From Paramecium tetraurelia (taxonomy: Eukaryota), in NCBI GenBank assembly GCA_000165425.1, contig CT868307.1:310001-374000 (forward strand): DNA of 64,000 nt, written 5' to 3'. A model generated the notes under the pieces. That model was not told where the DNA came from. It made no database searches and was given only the letters and a program-made list of their open reading frames with translations. The stretch's first letter is position 1, and each line of letters begins with the position of its first letter. Below, piece by piece: positions 54,019 through 64,000 of this stretch. Both the position numbers and the translations under genes were made by a program.

Positions 54019-54049
54019 CTCTTTATTATTTTAAATAATGAAAATAAAG

Positions 54050-57000
54050 TCAAATATCTATATGCATTTAATGACCAGAAGTAAGTCCTTAAGTATTGAA
54101 TTAACTAGGTCTTTAGGTTTAATCGGGAGAATCGTCCTGTTCACTACTATGTGCTCCACTTGAAAAGTCTCTTAAAACATGAACTTCATTTTTTCTTTTT
54201 TCTTTCAATTCATCAAGTTTCCACTTCATTCTTCTCATTATAATGAAGGCACTATTAATATCCTCACTCGTCCAAGCACTAGTCTTGGCATTCTCTAATT
54301 GCTCAATCAATTACAACCTTTTCTTAATCAAATCCTTAGTCGCCTTAACTAATTTTTTTGGTTCTAATCTAAAATTAAATTATCAATTAGATATTACTCT
54401 GTATCTTCACCATATTTTCTAGTTAGGATGTTGTGAGAAAGTACTTCCAGAACATCATAAAAAAAATACATGGCTGTTTGGTTTTTGATATAGACTGGTA
54501 ATCTAAACTGGTTAATAAATTTTCTTTTCTCCATTTGTGTTAATAGTAAACCTTTCCACTAAATTTATACATATTATAATTACTCCTAAGGGTTTAGGCA
54601 ATTTAATCATAAAACGATCCAAATCTAATGCTTTAATCAATCCAGAACCAGTTTAATCATACAACTTCCAAATTTCAATGAATGCCTGTATATGATTAGT
54701 AGATATAGAAGAAGCTTCATCCTTCTAAATAATTTCGTACCCTTACACAATAATGGCAACAAATAAGTTAAGCATAATCATGGCAAATATCATCTAGAAA
54801 CTCACCATATAAGCGACACCATACCAAAATCCACAACCATTAAAACCATATGTTTAGTAGTCAGTTAATAGATTTTCTGAGAAACACACATTATTAGGTC
54901 TTATCTATCTCACTAAATCTGCCTAGACCTAATCCCATTATTCGCCAGTACTACATTTGAATAAAGTGAAAAATGCCTTGCCCAAAGAAGAGAAGTTAAT
55001 AGCATCAGTTAAACCAGTTGTTGACCATTTTACATATGGAAATAGATTGATTCCTAAGACAGCAAACATAAACAAAATGATTGATAATAGACCACCAATA
55101 TTTGCTAATTAACTTACTGTGAGGAAGAATGTTTCAAATATAGCTTTAAGACTCCTTGCTGATCTAATTAATCTCATGATTCTAACAATTCTGAAAGAAC
55201 GAAAGACACTTATAACAGTACCAAAAGCAGTTAAAATAGACATTTACTCCAATACGGATCCTGCTATACTTAAGATAACTACTACAAAGTCAAATCTATT
55301 GAATGGCTCTGCAAAGTATTGCCAACCTAATGCAATTAGTTTAATTAGCATTTCAGTTGTGAATATACCCAAAAATGCTAAATTGGAATAAGATATAATT
55401 GTATTAAGCACTTCAGGCTATCTGACATATTGTAACATAAACAAAATAGTATTGATTGTAATAAGAATGAAGATCATGGAGTCAAAATATTTGTGATTTA
55501 TTATTTAGAACATTTTTGCTCTAAACCATTAGTCACTCATTCTTTAATTAATTTATGGTTTAGCATAATAAATTCTTTCTTTAATGTCTACCCATTCCTG
55601 TTATTCAAGAGTCATATAAAAATATCCACGTAATTTGTCTGTTTCAGAATTGAAAGCATCCAAGACAACACCAGCAAATAAGTTCATAACAAAAAATGAT
55701 CCAATAATTACGAATCCAATATAAAATAAGGACCAATACATATTATAATTATATATTGGTTGTTAATCAATACCAACACTGTCAATTCCTTAATACATTT
55801 AGTCTAACCACCCTTCTGTTGTTGAAATTACGAATAATGAACTAATTGAATTTAGAGCATTATCAAAATTATAATCGGCATTAACCCAATTTCCTCCATA
55901 ATCAAAACAGTCATATTTACCAACAATCTTATAGTCACCAACCTTATGAATATCACAAGAGTAAAAGGCTCCTTTAAAAAAATTGGTACCAAATATTCCA
56001 AACATCCCATAAAATACCAAACTAACCAATATCAGATTGAAAATCTTTGACAAACTAAGGATCAAAGCATTGATAGCAATTTTTAAACTATCACTTCTTG
56101 AAACTAATCTCAAAGGACGCAATACTCTAAAAATTCTAAGAATTTTAAATATTTAGAGGTTTGCTTCAGAAAATATGCTTACCCAACTAAATATTATAAC
56201 TATAAAATCCAATACATTTGCATAATCTCTCATGTAACTGAATTCTCCATTAAAAAAAAATCCATAAGCTAATATTTTTAATAAAGCTTCAGCTGTAAAT
56301 ATAATTGTAACAACTAAGTCTATCTCTGTTAATACTGCTGAATTATTCTCTTAAAGTGGATCATCCAAAGCCAAAAGAACAGATGAAACCAAGATCATGA
56401 GAATAATGAATCCTATAACCTATGATTTGTTAATAAATCTAAAAGCAAATCTTCTAATTTTAGATGTTTAATCGAATATAAAAAGTGAGGTACCCACTAT
56501 GAGAACTCCTTCTAAATGATCTTAGGCTGAAGAGGTATCGTGTTTACTGAAAACACTGGATTTCTTATCTGATTGTTACTAAGATTGATGAAGCGAAACT
56601 TATGGTTAATAACCATCTTAAAATGTCAAAGGCCCTTAACTTTACAATTACATTTTTTGTTCCATTTGTTTTATATACTCTTCATCGCCTGAAGAATCAT
56701 CGCTGATCTCCTCAGGATCAACTATCTCAGCAGTATCAAAGAATCTTTTAATCAATTTCTTTTATTTTGTTTCCTTTCTCACTTCAAACCTGGCCTAATC
56801 ATACTTTGCTAAAAAAAAACAAGCAACATCAGAATTTTGATGTTGTCCAATGTAATTCTGATTTATTTTTAATTTCTTCTAATGTTCTGGATGTACTTAC
56901 TCTGGCTTTGGAGATTTATGCTTAATTTTTTCATCAGGATCAAACACCTTTATTGATGATCTAAATTATTCAACTAATTGTTAAAAATTCAATTTTCTCA

Positions 57001-59386
57001 TCTTGTCCTACAATTTCTTTTCAGTTTCAATTGCCTTTTATCCAAAATTATAAATTAAAATGGCTATGAATAATTTCAGGAGAATTAGATTACCCATAAT
57101 CACTACAGCTATAAAAAAGATTAACGGCCACCATTGATCTGATTTATACATATATAAATAAGTTAAGATATTCCATGACTCTGAAGTTAATAAAGCAAAA
57201 ATAGTAATCATAGCATCAAAGAATGTATCAAAATTCAATCTAACATCTGGAATATTGTATGCAAACAATTCCATACCAACCAGTGATGCTATAACCATGA
57301 AGAGAAGCAGCAACATTGTAAAAAAACTGATTGCCTCTAGAGTTGTTGCAATTGCTATAAGAATTTCTCTCAAAGAATTCCATGACCTTGCCAATTTGAA
57401 TATTCTAAATACTCTCAATGTTCTAAAAGCTGAAACAGCCGTTATCGATCCTCCTGATACTGATATTTCAGCAAAATCTAATACTTACTCTACTAAAGAG
57501 ATTGCCACTATGAAAGCATCGAATATGTTCATGTAATCCTTGAAATATTCTGATATTCCCAAGGCAAAGAATTTCAACACCATTTCAAAGACAAAGAATA
57601 ATGTGAAGGCCAAATTGAGATATGACAATATTGTTATTTCTGATTCTGGTTGTGGATATCTGTCCATAGCCAAAACTACAGTATTAGCAGCTATAATGCA
57701 ATTGACTACAATAGTGAAAGCAAGAGATTCAATAAACCTTAGAAAGAATTATTTGAATTTAGTATCGAAATTAGTTCCTTTGTCATCATTCACATCTAAA
57801 GTGTATAAGGATGGATCAAAAAAATTAATTTATTATTTCTCCTTCTTAACCTTTCTATTAAATTGATCTTGCAAAATCTTCAATTGTTCTGCTCTCCCTT
57901 AAAATTTGCTTGGCTTCAAGACTTGCTTTATAATTTCCTCTTTTTTCTTTTAAGTCTCTTCATCTGAATCAGAATCATCTGAAGGTACTAAATCAGCTAT
58001 GTTTTGGGTTGGATGAATTTAAGCATTCTATCGTTCTTTCTGTTTCTTTTCTTTTCTCTATTGTTTTCTTTGTTGTTCCTCTTTAAGTAATTCTTATCTT
58101 CGTTCTGATTGATTCTTTAAGAAGGAATCATTGATGACAGCTAGAATTAGATTGATTGTAAAAAATGATCCTATCACAATTAATAGATTAAAGTAAACAT
58201 AAACCAAAATAGGATTAACAGCGTCAATTAATTAAGTGACCATAGTTGACCATCCTTCTGTAGTGAGAGCTTAGAAGATGGTAAAAGTGGCAGTTAAAAT
58301 ATTATCAAAAGTAGTGTATGAGTAACTTAATTCAGGGATAGGAGTGTCTTAATTAGGAAGATTGTAATTGATAGGGTTGCCACAAAACTCATTATCTGGA
58401 CAATCTGAGTCTGAACTACATAAATGAGTGATTAATGGATCTGCTGGCCAAGTTCCATTTACTGGAAATTATGTAAATCTACATCTATTCTCATAAGCAC
58501 CTGCAAATAATTGCAATCCTAATATTCCAAAGATTACTAAGAGATACAACAAAAAAACTAGGACATTACCTAAATTAGGCAAGGAATCCAATAAAGAAGC
58601 CACTAGAATTCTGAGACCAGGAACTGATTTAATTGATCTCAATGGTCTCAAAATTCTGATGGTTCTAATTGCACTAAGGTTAAAACTACCAACCAAAGAG
58701 AGAATACTGGTTCCAACAACTGCAAAATCTAACACATTCCAACCATCTCTCAAATATGTATGTTTTTCAAAAAGGAATCCCATTGCCAATATTTTTAGAA
58801 TGAATTCTAACAAAAATACAGATGTAAAAAAGTATTCCATTTAATTTCTTACATATGTCAATTCAGACTGATTAGAAGTTCCATTTACTCTGAAATCATA
58901 ATTCTGCATGGCCAAGGATATGGTGTTCAGAACTATAATTAGAGTAATAACTTTATCAAACCAGTGCCAAGTTACTATCCAAACACAATACTTTCTTATA
59001 ATGTTCGATTCATTTAGAACATACAATGAATTTTTGCCAAAACTATATTTCTTTTCGTGCATATAGAAATTATGTTCCTCCAGTCGGTCACCTGATTACG
59101 AGTTCTAGGGTTTTTTGCGAATCCCCAAATCCTCTTAATTTACATAATATTAGAATTTGAAGAAATTCATGCCAAACATGTCCTCAGCCTTCATTGTACT
59201 CTTTCTTTTTAAAACCTATCTTTTCACTTGTATTGGTGATTTATGAGCCTTCACTGCATCATGTTCATCTTTCCCAAAATTATCTTCCCTCTATTGATTT
59301 TCTCTCTCCTCTGCCTCATCTTTTTCAGAATTATCTTTTTATTCTGATTCTTCAGAAATTTTATCATTTTCATCGTTCTCACTCAT
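54050..59386 (-). CDS. Four-domain voltage-gated cation channel alpha subunit, Ca2+-type filter (EEEE)
   Basis: Four 6-TM repeats with S4 segments such as IRTIRILRPLR, FRTLRVFRIFK and ILRIFRVLRPLR. Pore loops TTEGW, TSESW, TTEGW and TGEQW. C-terminal EF-like FIEIWKLYDQTGSGLI. Confidence 0.95.
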
Positions 59387-60390
59387 TATAAAATAAAATA
59401 AAATAATTTGTAAAATGAAATATAATCTCTTTAAATAAATGAAAAGTAACTAATACTTAGATATTTATAATTATTGATCAGTACAATTTAAAATAGCTAT
59501 TTACAAAAGATTAAAATTAAAATGATAAACAGAAATAAATCTCAATTTTCAAGATACTCATCTCTCGATAAAATAATATAAATGTGAGTTTAAACAAAAT
59601 AAAAAATGAACAGAAACTCCTCCTTTAGATCTCATCTTTAAAAAGTAGTATAATCATTACATTCAACTTTTTAAAGCATACAGGGACGAAGTATATAATG
59701 ATGCGTTAAGCCAAATTCACTAAAATGAAGCCAATTTTCTTGGATCCAAACCTTAAAAATAAATTGAATTATATGGATCAGCTATCCTGATGTTATAAGA
59801 GTATCTAAAGGAAAAATTCAACAATTTTAAAATTAACTCTGATCAGCAAAGCATTTAATAAAGTTTAAAGATCAAAATAGTATTATTTCAAAAACATTAA
59901 TTAAAACACACAAAATTATCTTCAGAATCTTATTCAAATACTATAACTCAAACGCAATCACTAGTATATTAGCATATCATAGAAAAGTTTAATAATTTAT
60001 TTCCGTGTGAGGTGAGGGATTGAAGACTATAATATTCAAATTTAGACAAGCTTATTCAAAATTAATAATTTAATCAAAGAGTAAAAAAATTATGTTAAAT
60101 GGATTTCTGAGAAATTTAAAGGCATATCTTTTTTAAAAATTTCCTGCTATTTTTAACAAAATTATACATATGATTAGTACTACTATAATTATTAATTGTA
60201 AGTCTTGATATAGAAGTGTATACAGAAAACTTAAGACGATTATCTCAACTGTCAAGTAGAGAAAACAGAATTATCAATTAATACTGAATAAAAAATACTG
60301 AGGACTCATTAACAAAAATGATAAAGAATTTTGAAGATATTAACAGATTTTTCATAATTATTTAATTGTATTAATTTATAACCAAATATC

Positions 60391-63300
60391 TCATGTTAAA
60401 TTATGCTTAATGATAATTTATTTTATAGTTCTATCTAGTTGGCTGTCTAGAAACAACGATGTCTGAGGCATTAACAAAATAAATTTAAGTACCAATTTAA
60501 ATTCTTGGTGGTAGATTTATGTGATGATTTTGTAAATTAACCCTATAGAGATTAGATATAATATAATTGCACAAATGTTAATAATCTAAATTACTCAAAA
60601 TATGTACCAATATTTGATCAATAAGGTTATAAGTAAAACGAACTAATTCATCCTAAAATTATAGTTTGATATTAGAAACAGCATCATAACTTATGAGTCC
60701 AATCTCAAGTTGTTCATTAAGTGTATATGACTAAATACTAAAGTTTTATGAATTTTTGTATTCAGTAAGTAATTCATTTCTTACAGTATTTAAAGCAAGT
60801 TGAAACCCTCTTCTAACAACTCCATCATAGAGTGAATCACAATGCATTTAGGCACTTTCTATCTTAAACTAAATTAAAAAATCTTTAGAATAATTACATC
60901 TGGAAGGAATTCACAAACATCATTCTGCATTAGTTATTCTATCTTATTTATAAATGCATCGGATGTTATCAATGTTGATGGATCAAATTCTGACATTTAA
61001 GCTAAAAATTGATTAATCGTTTCGATATGTTCGAAAAATACTTAAATAAAATAAGTAGTATCTTTAATAAAAAAGAAGGCTTATGAATTTTTATTGGATA
61101 CTACATATATGATTTACCTCACACTAAAAACACCAGTCGATGCAATACTTACATCGCATAAGGTGTTGAAGAAATTTGTAGTATCTGGATATTTGACAAA
61201 GTATGATTCCCCCAAAGATGTAGATATGAAACACAATCCAAAGCATAAAGCATATATGGTTGAATATATCACTAAAGATGGTAGTTTTGTAGTAGACTGA
61301 TTAAAGTTTAGATTTGTTGCTTTCTATCTCTATTTTTACCCTTTCTAATTTTAGGCAATCTTCTCTTTTCTTATATCTTCTGCAGCTAAGAATTTCTCTT
61401 TCAAGTCAATATCAAATTGGTATTTAAATAAAACATCTGAATCTTTGATTACTAGTGAGGATATGCCCTTATATCTGTCAATGTCCCTTTGTACCCACAC
61501 TATTTCTAACATTGAAAACAGCTAAATAAATTGGTCATACTACTGCAAGTATTAGTTGTGAAACTTTACTATGATTGACAATAACAGAAAACCTATAATC
61601 AATATAGGTATCATCAAAGACAACCATTTTTCCTTAACAGTAATAGATCTTTACACAGAATACGATAGCATATCCTAATTTACTATTGTTAATTATTCAT
61701 AAAAAGTCTGATAATTTCCAAACAAATACACAAAAAATCCTGAAGTTGGATCTAAGGATGTAAAGATGTTTAAATAATCAAGTAATACAAATTAATAAGC
61801 TGCTTCTAAAGAAAGGTAGATCGCCTCTCTTGCAGATACATTTCTATCAGATGTAGTTGTTTATTCAGATTACATAATTGTAAAATTCTTATCTTAAAAA
61901 AATGGATTTAAATATTTATTTGATAATTACTTTATATAACTAGACTTCAATTCTTCGTAGTTATATGTTATATCATTTTTAGCATATTCTAATTTTTAAG
62001 CTGCTGTTGAGGCATTCATCATACCAATCATATTCAAAATTGCATAAAACATCACAGCATTTTAAGCCACAATGTAATTATCTATTGGTGCTACGATATT
62101 TGATTTTATTTGAACCATATCTAGTTCTTATAAGAACCGATTCAAATCATCAGATGAAAAAATTATCTAAACAATAGAGAAAACAGTAAATAACGCAAAC
62201 AGTACTGTTAAAAATGTTCTAGCTAAAAAATAATTTTTTGAAAATTTCTCAGAAGTAATCAATTTCTAAATCAAATCATATTTTTTAGAATATTTTGATT
62301 TTTTAAAAGCTGCAACTGAACTTACTTAGGATCCAATATCATCAATTTATACAATATTCTAATCCTATTCTTCCAATTACATTTGCATTTTTATATTCTC
62401 TTGCAACTCTTGATCAATATCTTCTATTTATAACTTATCTATCTAATTTTTATTTTCTATTTCATTTTCATTTTCAACTTCTTCCATACTTTCTTCATCT
62501 GCATTTGATGATACATCCTTTTAATCTACAGCCGAAAAAAATTGTTGCTTTGCATCATGATACCTTTTATTATTGTCATATAGCCCCCCTTCAATAGATT
62601 TTGCATCTATTAATTTTTCCCCAGCATCTTTAGGACTTACCAAAGACACATTTGGATAAAATGACTAACTTTAATTCTTTGAATTTGATAAGATTTTTCT
62701 GCCAAATTAACCATCACTTTCTGATTAATCCTGATAAAGATTCATAATTTAATTTTGATTTTCTTATTAATCAAACTCCAAAGCTCTTGGGATGTTAGCT
62801 TAAAATTCATCCTATTCTAAAAATTCTAAATCTTCAAAACCATCATCCTAAAATTAAGTTAAAGATGCTCCAGGAGTGGGAGTAATGACTTCTGTTTGAA
62901 ATGGTGTACTACAGGTTTTCTGATATCTTTTTGCCTCTCTTATCTCTACAATTACATAATTACATAATGTATCTTGTTTTAATTTTCTATTGTGAAATAT
63001 TGCTTCTACAACATATTACTAACTATTTGATTCAGTGTCCCAAGTTTATTTGGAATTCTTAAGTAAACAATCGACCTCTGGCAAAATCATATGAACTTAA
63101 TATTCGCTCTAATCCATTAGTTCCTATTCAAATTCATCATTATCTTAAGAAATTTTAGAGCCATTCATTTCCATAATCATTTACAATTTAGGAAAAATTT
63201 TTGATAAAGGTTATTTATAGAGTGAATCCATTAATTAAGTAATTAACTTAGCTGGATAGCCAATTTTATTGGCAAAGTTTTTGCTTACACTCTAAATTCT

Positions 63301-64000
63301 GTTATTATTGCAACAAAATATAAATGCATTTGAACTATCTTTATTTTAGAAAAAACAAGCAAATGTTAAATCCTATAGATTACTTACATTGATATCAAAG
63401 AAAAAGTCAATAGCTTTGATAAATTTCTTTTGATATCTGCAGTAATTCTAATTTATTAAGCGAAAGAATTTTGAGTAACCTTAGGATAGAAACTGCTATA
63501 CAAATTTTGAATGAATTTAATCAAAATTATTAGGAAGAAGGTGATCTATGGTTTTGAGTTATTTAAATTTCTCCTAATTATATCCAAAAAATTCATGTAT
63601 TTGATTAGAATACTGTCGAATTTATAGTTTATGTGATTTTTCATCAAATCCCACAATTATATAGTCTAATTTACTTGAGAACATATCAAAATTAATTTAC
63701 GATTACATTTTAAATAGTTTTTCATCAGATATAGAAGTTATGGTTGCTAATTTATATGCTTAAAAATAATTGTTCATTACTTCTGACTAATAAAAAGTAT
63801 TGAGTGCTTGCATTTTTCTACCTATGAATTAATATAAATATATATACTTGGGAACTAGAAATAGAGTTTTAGTAGTTCATCTTCAAGATAAGTTAATTTT
63901 GTAATCATCTATTTGGCTGCATTAAACAAATTAAAATTAGAATTTAGCAAAGTTAAGTTAACAAAGAAATCCTTTTTTTTATTAATCATTTTTATAATCT
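60391..64000 (-). CDS. PAS-domain multi-pass membrane protein (TmcB/TmcC-like ciliate family); 5' part outside the window
   Basis: PAS-like IHEFFGYNQEKFKQLKTIDHLLPNNFDQIHSKFVQQFLSQG (~63480-63600); acidic low-complexity linker; TM pairs; C-terminal CDSLYDGVVRRG...FILLMPQTSLF; TGA 60391-60393; tiny introns near 60590 and 60880. Confidence 0.8.

Noticed and set aside
61094..61300. Plus-strand 68-aa ORF in the supplied track
   Set aside because: It is antisense to the continuous minus-strand PAS/TmcB-like reading frame.
1..64000. Prokaryotic systems (CRISPR, operons, IS elements), telomeric repeats, retained IESs, rRNA/tRNA
   Set aside because: No repeat-spacer array, transposase, G3T3/G4T2 tract or structured RNA gene was recognised by eye. 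Coding interruptions are explained by GT-AG introns or single-base indels rather than TA-bounded insertions. Short ncRNAs could have been missed without a covariance search.

Overview
AT-rich eukaryotic DNA read with the ciliate nuclear code (TAA/TAG = Gln, TGA the only stop), with tiny GT-AG introns (mostly 21-29 nt, a few 33-38 nt) and often very short intergenic gaps. This points to Paramecium macronuclear DNA; the species cannot be fixed from the sequence alone. The supplied ORF track uses the wrong code, so it fragments most genes and misses some entirely. Retranslating by eye with code 6 gives 19 gene models: a giant fibrocystin-L/PKHD1L1-like surface protein (3' end outside the window, about 10 single-base frameshifts), a cold-shock-domain protein, two tandem N-acylated microproteins sharing a KNPIxQRR motif, a kinesin-9, a DP-like transcription factor, a RING/TRAF-zinc-finger/SPRY-like protein, a CAMK-group kinase, IFT172, a small hypothetical protein, a Piezo channel with a Q56 tract built mostly from TAA codons, a coiled-coil protein, an EGF-7TM orphan receptor-like protein, a SOS1/SLC9C-like Na+/H+ exchanger whose ND motif reads NN, a SEL1L/Hrd3-like protein, an LYR protein, a cyclic-nucleotide-binding protein, a four-domain EEEE Ca2+ channel, and a PAS-containing TmcB/C-like membrane protein (5' end outside the window). 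No rRNA, tRNA, CRISPR, telomeric repeat or transposon was recognised. All models are manual translations and no database search was run, so family calls rest on remembered motifs and novelty is unverified.
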